This document shows, in pieces, positions 49,007 to 57,260 of a DNA stretch of 64,000 bases. This stretch comes from an uncultured Candidatus Rokubacteria bacterium (lineage in GTDB: Bacteria > Methylomirabilota > Methylomirabilia > Rokubacteriales > DASRDR01). Within the stretch, counting starts at the first letter, position 1. Every line of letters starts with the position of its first letter. The stretch lies in contig CAWGVS010000003.1 in assembly GCA_963826115.1 (NCBI GenBank), positions 96,001 to 160,000 of the forward strand, given 5' to 3'. The notes below the pieces were generated by a model. The model did not search any database. It was not told where the DNA came from and worked only from the letters and a program-made list of their open reading frames with translations. A program made the position numbers and the translations under genes.

Positions 49007-49954
49007 ATGACGACGATCAATCGAATCCTCTACGCGACGGATCTTTCCGCCACCTCGGAGGCGGCCTGGAGCGAGGCACGGCGACTCGGGCGCCTGTTCG
49101 ACGCCGAGATTGTGATCCTGCACGTGGTCACGCCGCCGGTCGTCTTCCCCGTCGAGGGATACTTCCCACCGGACCTTTACCAGGAATACCTTCGAAGCGC
49201 ACAACACGACGCGGAAAGAGGACTGGATCGCTTGCTCGGCAGCGTGGCGGGCTCGGGCCTCAAGGTCCGCCTCCGCCTCGAAGAGGGACCGCCGGCTCCA
49301 CGGATCCTCGACATCGCAAGCCAAGAGGCCGCCGACATTCTCGTGGTCGGCACGCACAGCCGCACGGGTCTCCGACGGGCCATGCTCGGGAGCATCGCCG
49401 ACCGGATGGTCCGCCAAGCGAGGTGCCCGGTCTTGACGGCCCGGCCTCAACCGGATGCTGCGCCTCCTGTCCAGATTCGTCGGATCTGCTACGCCACCGA
49501 CTTCTCCCCGACCGCCCGCGCCGCCTGGTCGTGGGTGGTCGCGATCGCCGGTGCCGCGAACGCCGAGGTCGACCTCGTTCACGTCACGTTCGAGCCGGTG
49601 GCCGACCGTCACATGCCCGCGGAGATGACCGGGCGCATGGCCCGGTTCCTCCGCGAGCAGGGCCACATGGAAGTCGAGCGGTTCCTGCAGCGGTCCACGC
49701 TGCCACGTGAGCGGATCCACGTGCACCTGTCCCCCGGAGTCCCGGGGGAGCAGATCGTCCATCGCGCTCTGGAGCGAGCCGCCGATCTCATCATCATGGG
49801 TACCCACGGCTGGTCCGGGGTCGTTCGCTGGGTGCTCGGTTCAGTCGCTCACTACGTGATCCAGACCGCGCCGTGCCCGGTGCTCACCATCGCGCCGGCC
49901 GGGGCACCGGGGGAATCGGGCGCAGGGACAGCGGCGGCGGGGATCACGCGATGA
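49007..49954 (+). CDS. Universal stress protein, tandem USP domains
   Basis: ILYATDLS / ICYATDFS; GTHSRTG...GSIA and GTHG...GSVA..APCPVL. Confidence 0.95.
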   Translation: MTTINRILYATDLSATSEAAWSEARRLGRLFDAEIVILHVVTPPVVFPVEGYFPPDLYQEYLRSAQHDAERGLDRLLGSVAGSGLKVRLRLEEGPPAPRILDIASQEAADILVVGTHSRTGLRRAMLGSIADRMVRQARCPVLTARPQPDAAPPVQIRRICYATDFSPTARAAWSWVVAIAGAANAEVDLVHVTFEPVADRHMPAEMTGRMARFLREQGHMEVERFLQRSTLPRERIHVHLSPGVPGEQIVHRALERAADLIIMGTHGWSGVVRWVLGSVAHYVIQTAPCPVLTIAPAGAPGESGAGTAAAGITR

Positions 49955-50379
49955 AGCCCATGCCCCATCACTACACGGTCCGGATCGCCGGGGGCCCGAG
50001 CGGTCCCGCGCTCGCCATGGCTGACGGTCTGCCCGACCTCGGAAGCGCACCGCCCCCCGAGTTCGGTGGCCCCGGCGGCGCGTGGAGCCCGGAGCACCTC
50101 CTGTTGGCTGCCGTGGAAGCGTGCTTCCTGTTCACCCTGCGAGCCGTCGCGCGGGCCTCGCACGTCGAGTTCGAGACGTGCGAGGTGACCGCCGAAGGGA
50201 CCGTCGACCGCACGGACGGTGTGACGCGCTTCACGGACATCCTCCTGCGGCCGCGTCTCAGGCTCGCGACCGGGACGGATCCGGACCGGGCACGGCGGGC
50301 CATGGAAAAGGCCGAGAAGGCGTGTCTCGTCTCGGCTTCGCTCGTGACGCCGGTCCGGCTCGAGGCTGAGCTCGCCTAG
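49951..50379 (+). CDS. OsmC/Ohr-family protein
   Basis: PPEFGG..WSPEHLL..AC and KAEKACLVSASL; ATGA overlap with usp. Confidence 0.9.
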   Translation: MKPMPHHYTVRIAGGPSGPALAMADGLPDLGSAPPPEFGGPGGAWSPEHLLLAAVEACFLFTLRAVARASHVEFETCEVTAEGTVDRTDGVTRFTDILLRPRLRLATGTDPDRARRAMEKAEKACLVSASLVTPVRLEAELA

Positions 50380-50433
50380 CGCTGACCAGCCTTCTGTCCC
50401 CTCGCCCGTCTCGCGCCGCCAACGCCCGTCGCG

Positions 50434-51195
50434 TCACTCCAGAACCGCCAGAAGCCCCATCACACCCATCCCCAGCGTCATGAGGCCGATCTGCAGGAGC
50501 GCCCCGCGGCCGGTCCGGTCGTGCTGGAGCTCCGGGATCAAATCGGCGGCCGCAATGTATACGAAGCCCCCGGCCGTGATCGGGACCAGCAGCCCCGTCA
50601 CCGCCGCCCCAAAGACCGCGCCCAGCAGCAGCGCGGCGACGGCTCCCAGGATGGCCGCGCTGGCCGACCCGAGGTTCAAAAGCACCGCCCGTCGCACGCT
50701 GAGTCCGCTGTGAATGAGGATGCCGAAGTCGCCGAGCTCCTGCGGGATCTCGTGGAAGAGCACGGCGACAGTCGTCGCCAGGCCGAGAGCTGGGCTCACG
50801 AGATAGCTCCCCGCGATCAGGACGCCGTCGATGAAGTTGTGGATCGCGTCCCCAAGAACGTTCACGGCAGCCAGCTCCGGGCGCGCGATCGACTCCGGAT
50901 GATGGTACCGGTGGAGCAGGCCGTGCTCGTGCCGCAGCAGCTTCTCGACCGCGAAGAACAGCAGCATCCCGCCCAGAATCAGGAGCGATGGCCGCAGCGT
51001 GGCCGCGTCCTGCTTGAGGGACTGTGGGATGAGGTGGATGAACGCATCGCCGAGCAGCGCGCCCACCGCGAAGCTCACGAGGAAGGCGGCGAGACGGCGC
51101 GTACGCGCTTCGTCAAGGGACAGGGTCACGAGACCCACCAGGGAGACCAGGCTGACGACTCCCACACTCACCAGACTCAAGATGGCGTTGGTCAT
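50434..51195 (-). CDS. ZIP-family metal transporter
   Basis: HNFIDG, HEIPQELGDF motifs; His-rich loop HEHGLLHRYHH. Confidence 0.93.
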   Translation of the reverse strand: MTNAILSLVSVGVVSLVSLVGLVTLSLDEARTRRLAAFLVSFAVGALLGDAFIHLIPQSLKQDAATLRPSLLILGGMLLFFAVEKLLRHEHGLLHRYHHPESIARPELAAVNVLGDAIHNFIDGVLIAGSYLVSPALGLATTVAVLFHEIPQELGDFGILIHSGLSVRRAVLLNLGSASAAILGAVAALLLGAVFGAAVTGLLVPITAGGFVYIAAADLIPELQHDRTGRGALLQIGLMTLGMGVMGLLAVLE

Positions 51196-51373
51196 CGCAT
51201 GCCGCAGTGAAACGGCCCCTGCGAACACGCCGCCGTCCCAGCATGCGCCTCGGGGACGATGGCCGACCGCGCCGGGCTCGTCACCGCCCCCGCCGAGCTG
51301 GGCCGAGCTTTCGGTCGGGGCGCCGGTCTCGTCGCGGCCTGCGCATCCATCCCCCCGAGGCTCTCGAGTCCAT

Positions 51374-52324
51374 TCAGCTGGCCCGTCGTCCCGTCCGACT
51401 CGGCGGCCCTAGTTCGCCCTTCGCGCCAGAATCCCCCTCCCTGGGCGTGTCGGGTGCCAGCCCAAAGAGCCTGCCCGCAGTCCGGGCTCGGTGCTGCGGC
51501 TTGGCTAGCTCCCGGACACGCCCGTCCTCGATCAACAGGATGCGGTCGGCCTCCTGAGCGAGGCGGTCGTCATGAGTGATCATGATGAACGCGACTCCGT
51601 GCTCGCGGCTCATCTCCCGCATCAGGGCGAAGACCTCTTCACCGGCGCGGCTGTCCAGGTTCCCGGTCGGCTCGTCGGCCAGGATGATCTTCGGGGCGTT
51701 TGCCAGCGCCCGCACGATGGCACAGCGCTGGTTCTGGCCACCGCTCATCTCGCCGGGTCGCTTGTGCAGCTCCCCCTCGAGCCCGACCCGGCGCAGGAGT
51801 CCCACGACACGCGCCCGCTGAGCGTCGGTGACGCCTCCGCATCGGATGATGATGGGCATCAGGGCGTTCTCCAGGCAGCTGAACTCGTCGAGCAGGTAAT
51901 GGAACTGGAACACGAATCCGATCTCGTCGCTCCGGAAGTCGGCCAACCCATCGTCGTCGAGCCCACCGATGTCCACGCCGTTGATCACGACCGAACCGCC
52001 CGTGGGCGTGTCCAGGGCTCCGAGGAGGTTGAGAAGCGTCGTCTTCCCACTGCCCGACTGGCCGACGATCGCCACGAATTCGCCTGATCGGATCTCGAGG
52101 TCGACGCCGTGCAGAACCGGCACCGGCACCTTGCCACCATAGGTCTTCCGAAGATCGCGCGTCTCCACCACGACCGGCCCGGCAACCCGCGACTCGTCAT
52201 CACCGGGGTCAGAAGACCCGGCGGGATCGACCTCCGAGGGCGCCGGGCTGTCGGCGTCGGCGGGTCGTCGGCCTTGGGGCCCCGGGCCGGGACCGAGCGG
52301 GCGGCCTTGATCCGATGGCTTCAT
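51374..52324 (-). CDS. ABC ATP-binding protein (LolD/MacB-like)
   Basis: GQSGSGKT, MSGGQNQR, LADEPTGNLD motifs. Confidence 0.92.
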   Translation of the reverse strand: MKPSDQGRPLGPGPGPQGRRPADADSPAPSEVDPAGSSDPGDDESRVAGPVVVETRDLRKTYGGKVPVPVLHGVDLEIRSGEFVAIVGQSGSGKTTLLNLLGALDTPTGGSVVINGVDIGGLDDDGLADFRSDEIGFVFQFHYLLDEFSCLENALMPIIIRCGGVTDAQRARVVGLLRRVGLEGELHKRPGEMSGGQNQRCAIVRALANAPKIILADEPTGNLDSRAGEEVFALMREMSREHGVAFIMITHDDRLAQEADRILLIEDGRVRELAKPQHRARTAGRLFGLAPDTPREGDSGAKGELGPPSRTGRRAS

Positions 52325-53586
52325 CGCATCACGTCCACCGGGTTCAGCCGCGCGGCTCGGCGGGAGGGCAGATAGGCCGCCAGCACCGTCGCGACGATCG
52401 CCGCGCCCACGGCCAGGCCGATGTAGGCGGGCAGGATCGCCACCGGGAAGAACTGCTCGGGCAGCTGCCCCGGCCGATACGGGGGCTGTTCGATCCGCCC
52501 GAGGAGGAAGACGATCAGCGTGCCGACGACCGCCCCGATCGCACTTCCCGCGAAGGCGATCCCCAGGCCCTCGAGTACGAAGATGCGCAGGATCTGGCGC
52601 CGCCGAGCGCCGATCGCCTTCAGGATGCCGATCTGCTTGGACTTCTGCAGCACCGAGACGATGAGCACGGACGCGATGGCGAACGACGAGGCGACCAGGC
52701 TGAAGATCGAGATGAGATACGCGGTCGCGCTCTGCATCCGGAGCCGGTCCAGGAAGACCGGAAACTCGCGCGACCAGGACTTTGCCTCGTACGGCACGAG
52801 TCCCATGATCTGGTCCGCGATCTCGTCTGCGCTGTAGATGTCGCGCAGCTTCACGTACACGATGTTGACGGCGGTCCCCAGTCCGAACAGGCTCTGGGCC
52901 GTGCGCAGGGTGATATAGGCGTCGCCGCGACCCTGGCCGCGACTGTAGATGCCCACGATGGTGAACGTCTCGGACGCCCCGGTGTTCGACAGGAGCCGGA
53001 TGCGCTCGCCCATCACCAGGTTCAGGTCCTTCGCGAGCTCCGTGTCCACGACGATCTCGTCGCTTGCGAGATCCCGGAATCGGCCCATCACCATGTACTT
53101 CGTGATCGGAGTGACCTCGTCCTGGAGCACCGGATCCGCCCCGACGACACCGACCCCGACGGCGTGACTGCCCTTGGACGCGAATCCCTGCTGCCGGACG
53201 ACGGGGTTCACGAGGGCCACACCGGGCAGGGCCCGGATCGTCTCGGTCACGCGCGGCCAGTCGTCGATGTCCTTCTGCTGGGGCGCTAGCTGGTCAATGC
53301 GGCTCGAGCTCGGTCCCGGTGGGGCGCCTGGAACCTCGGCCAGCGGGGTCGGCTTGGGATCCTCGACGCGGATGGTCACGTGCGGAATGGCCTCGGTCAG
53401 GAGGGCGGTCAGCTTCCGGTGGAGGCCGAAGATCAGCGCCGTGACGAAGATCACGATGATCACTGCGGCGGCGACCGCGCTGATCGTCAGCCACGTCTGG
53501 CCGCCGCCCGATCGAAGGTGACGGGCGGCCACCAGGAGCTCGAAGCGAAGCCCCGGCCGGCGCGCCGCGGGCCGCTCCCCGCTCAC
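52321..53586 (-). CDS. ABC permease (LolC/E, FtsX/MacB-like)
   Basis: QIGILKAIGA, YLPSRRAARLNPVD motifs; GTG start overlaps the upstream stop. Confidence 0.9.
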   Translation of the reverse strand: MSGERPAARRPGLRFELLVAARHLRSGGGQTWLTISAVAAAVIIVIFVTALIFGLHRKLTALLTEAIPHVTIRVEDPKPTPLAEVPGAPPGPSSSRIDQLAPQQKDIDDWPRVTETIRALPGVALVNPVVRQQGFASKGSHAVGVGVVGADPVLQDEVTPITKYMVMGRFRDLASDEIVVDTELAKDLNLVMGERIRLLSNTGASETFTIVGIYSRGQGRGDAYITLRTAQSLFGLGTAVNIVYVKLRDIYSADEIADQIMGLVPYEAKSWSREFPVFLDRLRMQSATAYLISIFSLVASSFAIASVLIVSVLQKSKQIGILKAIGARRRQILRIFVLEGLGIAFAGSAIGAVVGTLIVFLLGRIEQPPYRPGQLPEQFFPVAILPAYIGLAVGAAIVATVLAAYLPSRRAARLNPVDVMR

Positions 53587-54995
53587 CGCCCCCCTCGCTC
53601 GCTCGAGGAACGGATTCGGACGCGGTCCCCAGGATGGATCGCCACGGGGTTCGTGATCACGCGGTCGTCGAGGCCGAGTCCGCCCACTACGGGAACGCCG
53701 TCCTTCGTAGGCGGTCGCGTCTGGACCATCTTCTCGACCGCGCGAGAGTTCTGCACCACCAGCACGACGGTCCGGTCCCCGACCCGACGTAGCGCCACCG
53801 CCGGCACCAGAATTCGTTGCGCGGCCGGGTTGGTCACGATGTTGACGTTGACCGTCTGCCCGGGACGCAGCCACCCCGGTGGCTTGTTCGGCACGACGGT
53901 CACCATGATCGTCCCGCGCGTCTGATCGACAGCGGCGGCGATCTCGGAAACGGATCCCGCGAACGTGGATCCGAGGAACGTGCCAGAGGAGATGACCGCG
54001 GACTGGCCGACCGCAAGATCAGCGAGATTGGTCTCGTCGACGTCCACGTGGATCTCCAGCTCGTTGCTGACCAGCCGCAGGACGCCCTGGGCTCCCACCG
54101 TCTGGCCCACCTCGGCATTGATCGCCGTCACCACCCCGCCGAAGGGCGCGAGCACGACCGCCTCCTGCGCCTGGCGACGAGCCACCGCCAGGGCTCGCTC
54201 GGATTCCCGCACGCGCTCCCGGGCGATCGCGACGTCTTCCGGTCGAGCGCCGACCTCCAGCGTCCGCAGCCGAGCCTCCTGGACTCCGACGTTGGCCTCG
54301 GCGGCGGCCACTCCTCCGCGGAACGCGCGCACGACGGTCTCGGCGACGGCAACCGCCTGCCGCTGGGCAGCGACCTGCTGCTCCACCACGCGGGAGCGGG
54401 TCAGAGCTTCGTCGTGCTCGGCCCTGGCGACGAGCCCGCGCTCGAGCAGCCGCTCGGCCCGCTCCAGCTGACGGGCAGCCAGCTCCCGCTCAGCCTGGTG
54501 CTGAGCGAGCTGAGCCTGCGCCTGAACGACGGTCTGTTCGGCCTGGGCCAGCGACGACTGCTGCTGAGCGAGTTGGGCGCGGGCCTGCTGGACCTGCGCC
54601 GTCGCGGCCTCGAGCTCGGACGGCAGCGCGCCGCGCGCCACCTGAACCAGCGTGGCCTGAGCGGTCGTCAGGGCCGCCTCCGCCTGCGCAACCCGGGCCT
54701 CGGCAACGTCGCTCTTGATGAGCGCCAGCCTCTGACCCGCCGAGACCCGTTCCCCTTCCTGAACGTAGAGCCGCTCCACGACTCCGGCCGCCTGGGCCCC
54801 CGCGAGCGTCTCGGTGACCCCGCGGACCCGTCCGCTGCTGGCGATCGATTCGATGATGCTGGCGGGCACCGGCCGAGCGACGGACACGTCCTTGGCCCGC
54901 TGCCCCCACCAGATCCCGGCTCCGACCGTCAGGACTCCCAGCAGGACCAGGGACATGATCCAGGAGCCCCTGAGTCTAGGCACAGTCCTCTCCAT
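53583..54995 (-). CDS. Efflux periplasmic adaptor (MacA/HlyD-like) with a long coiled coil
   Basis: N-terminal TM; lipoyl halves VQEGERVSAGQ and APFGGVV; LRPGQTV motif. Confidence 0.9.
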   Translation of the reverse strand: MERTVPRLRGSWIMSLVLLGVLTVGAGIWWGQRAKDVSVARPVPASIIESIASSGRVRGVTETLAGAQAAGVVERLYVQEGERVSAGQRLALIKSDVAEARVAQAEAALTTAQATLVQVARGALPSELEAATAQVQQARAQLAQQQSSLAQAEQTVVQAQAQLAQHQAERELAARQLERAERLLERGLVARAEHDEALTRSRVVEQQVAAQRQAVAVAETVVRAFRGGVAAAEANVGVQEARLRTLEVGARPEDVAIARERVRESERALAVARRQAQEAVVLAPFGGVVTAINAEVGQTVGAQGVLRLVSNELEIHVDVDETNLADLAVGQSAVISSGTFLGSTFAGSVSEIAAAVDQTRGTIMVTVVPNKPPGWLRPGQTVNVNIVTNPAAQRILVPAVALRRVGDRTVVLVVQNSRAVEKMVQTRPPTKDGVPVVGGLGLDDRVITNPVAIHPGDRVRIRSSSERGGR

Positions 54996-55009
54996 TCGCG
55001 CGGTCAGGT

Positions 55010-55025
55010 TGCAATGGCTCTGCCA
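55010..55025 (-). promoter_or_regulatory. Sigma54 -24/-12 promoter
   Basis: Minus strand TGGCAG-AGCCA-TTGCA, just upstream of the adaptor gene. Confidence 0.75.
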
Positions 55026-55249
55026 GGAGGTAACCTGGCGTCTCCACTGCGGAACACTCCCCCAGTCGTCACGTGAGCCGGGGGTCCCGGCTACCCACCC
55101 GAGGCACGATCGCCCCAGCCCTGGGCCGGGCGCCTCGCCAGGACCAGATCCAAAGCAGTGGGCAGCCTAGATGGATGATGGAAGGCGCCGATACCGTTCG
55201 GCTTCTCGCGAGTTCCGGCCAAGGACACCGCCAGCGCGAGCGATCGAGT

Positions 55250-55738
55250 CTAGTTGGGTGTCGTCTGGCCTGGACCTCCGCCAAGACGCCGGAGGAGTTG
55301 ATCCAGGAAGCCGCGCTGTCCCTGGATGATCCGGTCCCGGGCCTCGTCAATCAGAAACCAAGCGGCGCGGTCAACCTCGGGGAACTCCTGGACGTGGCCC
55401 GAGCGGGGTGGCCACTCGATCGCGAACGTGTTGCTCCTGATCGCCGCCGGGTCACAGTCCCCCTCGACCGCCCAGGCGTGGATGATCTTCCCGCCGGGTT
55501 GCCTGATCGGCATCAGGGATAGGAAGGCACCCGATATCTCGGCGCCCGTCTCCTCGAGAAGCTCCCGCCGCGCTGCGCCGAGAGGCTCCTCGTCGGGCCG
55601 GACCTCGCCCTTGGGAATGGACCAGGCCCCCAGGTCCCTCGACTGCCAGAAGGGTCCTCCCGGGTGCACCAGGAACACCTCCCAAGCCGCGGGTCCACGC
55701 CGGTAGACCAGAACGCCCGCGCTACGCTTTCTCGGCAC
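55250..55738 (-). CDS. NUDIX hydrolase (COG4119-like)
   Basis: LVHPGGPFW, WSIPKGE..ARRELLEETG Nudix box, FPEVDRA. Confidence 0.92.
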   Translation of the reverse strand: MPRKRSAGVLVYRRGPAAWEVFLVHPGGPFWQSRDLGAWSIPKGEVRPDEEPLGAARRELLEETGAEISGAFLSLMPIRQPGGKIIHAWAVEGDCDPAAIRSNTFAIEWPPRSGHVQEFPEVDRAAWFLIDEARDRIIQGQRGFLDQLLRRLGGGPGQTTPN

Positions 55739-55794
55739 TATTCGAGGACATCGAGGCAGTCGTGGTCGACGAGATCGGTGTCGTGGGTCGCTTC

Positions 55795-56022
55795 CTAAAC
55801 AGGCTCCCGCCCCAGGTCCTCCTCGACATCCCCCTGCGAACGCCGACAGTGGTCACACCGCGTTCGGAGCCACAGGTTCCCGTCCGCATCCTCAGGGCCG
55901 CGGCTCTCCGCATGGATCAAGCCGCCACACGGGCAGGCTTCGGGGTACTCCTCGAGACATTCGGGGCATTGGGCATCTCCGACGTGGTGAACGACTTCTT
56001 CCTCGACCGCAAAGAACTGCAT
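55795..56022 (-). CDS. Small acidic Cys/His-rich putative zinc-binding protein (75 aa)
   Basis: SD GGAGGG + ATG 56022; HH, CPEC, CPCGGLIH, CDHC. Confidence 0.65.
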   Translation of the reverse strand: MQFFAVEEEVVHHVGDAQCPECLEEYPEACPCGGLIHAESRGPEDADGNLWLRTRCDHCRRSQGDVEEDLGREPV

Positions 56023-56102
56023 GGGGACCCCTCCATCCTCATGGGTTTCGCAACCGCGGTGCCGACAGGTGCGTTCGGCCAACCCTGGCTCCAGATCCGG
56101 CG

Positions 56103-57011
56103 TCACCCGGACTGGCTGCCCCGCTGAATCAGCTTCCCTGGAAGCAGGGACGAGCATGCCATCACATGCGTGATCGCGTCACGATCATACTCGTCGTTCG
56201 AGCGGTAGGTGGCGAAGTAGCGCTGCAGCGCACGAACCCGCTCAAGGTGGGCCCCCACCGCCTGCAATCCGACCGACACCCCGTGGTTCGTGAACGCGAA
56301 CCGCACGTCGCGCAGGCCGGGCTCGCGACAGAAGTACCCGGGTGGATCCACCCACATCCGGTCGAGGGTCGCGAGCGAACGCTCGCGCAGCACCCGCGCC
56401 CAGGTCGCGCCGGGAAAGAAGTGCGACATCCACAGGATCATCCCCAGGCCGAGGTCCTGAGTGACGTCAAGATCCCCATACAGCCGCTGAACCAGCCCCT
56501 GCATGTCTCGGATCTCTCCGGCGAGCTCCGCCTCATCCAGCAGCCGGTAAACCACGTAGCCGTGGAACGGATCCAGTGCTCCATAGCCGAATCCTGGATA
56601 AGGAGCGCTGAGATCCTCGCGCATCTTCCAGATCACGCCGACCCCGGGCCGAACGAAGGCAGGATGGATCTGGCGGACCAGCGCGATGGCCTGCTGGCGA
56701 TACGCGGGCCGCTTCTCGGCGAGCACGTGAAGCGCGAACAGCCACATGGCGAGATAGTGGAAGTACTGTCCATCTCGATCGGGCGCCTCCCCGATCCGAA
56801 TGCCGCGCGGCCGTCCGAGCACCCGGCCCACGTCCGCCACCACTCCCTCCGCCGCATCCACGTACCGATCGTCGAGCATTTCCGAGGCGAGCGACACGAG
56901 CAACACGACGCCGAACGCATCGGTCCAGAGGTACCGGGGCCCGTTCGGCCAGATGCGCTCGCGGCGCATCCACTCGAGCCTGCGCAGCGTCTCCTCGGCC
57001 TCCGGCCGCAT
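56103..57011 (-). CDS. Conserved hypothetical protein (RYLWTDAF family; possible alpha/alpha-barrel glycosidase-like fold)
   Basis: GPRYLWTDAFGV, DRDGQYFHYL..W, WKM..DLS, AFTNHG motifs. Confidence 0.65.
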   Translation of the reverse strand: MRPEAEETLRRLEWMRRERIWPNGPRYLWTDAFGVVLLVSLASEMLDDRYVDAAEGVVADVGRVLGRPRGIRIGEAPDRDGQYFHYLAMWLFALHVLAEKRPAYRQQAIALVRQIHPAFVRPGVGVIWKMREDLSAPYPGFGYGALDPFHGYVVYRLLDEAELAGEIRDMQGLVQRLYGDLDVTQDLGLGMILWMSHFFPGATWARVLRERSLATLDRMWVDPPGYFCREPGLRDVRFAFTNHGVSVGLQAVGAHLERVRALQRYFATYRSNDEYDRDAITHVMACSSLLPGKLIQRGSQSG

Positions 57012-57260
57012 CAGACCGACCCGCCTCCGGACCGCCGACGCGGTGACACGGTTTCCCTCTGGAAAGGCAGCGCGCCCCGAACAGCCGCCAGCACGCGAGC
57101 GACGCCGGAACGGGTCGCCTGCTCCCGCGCGAAGCCGACGAACGGCAGGTCGTGTCTCGTGACGCGCGCGATCCGCGCCTGCAACGAGAGCAACCGCGAC
57201 GGCGCCCGGAGCCCTGCCACTCGAGCCCACCGCGGCATCAGGGGGCCTCGGACAGCGGCC

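Noticed and set aside
57180-57195. Minus-strand GGTTGC-TCTCG-TTGCA as a sigma54 site
   Set aside because: GG is misplaced by one base relative to consensus
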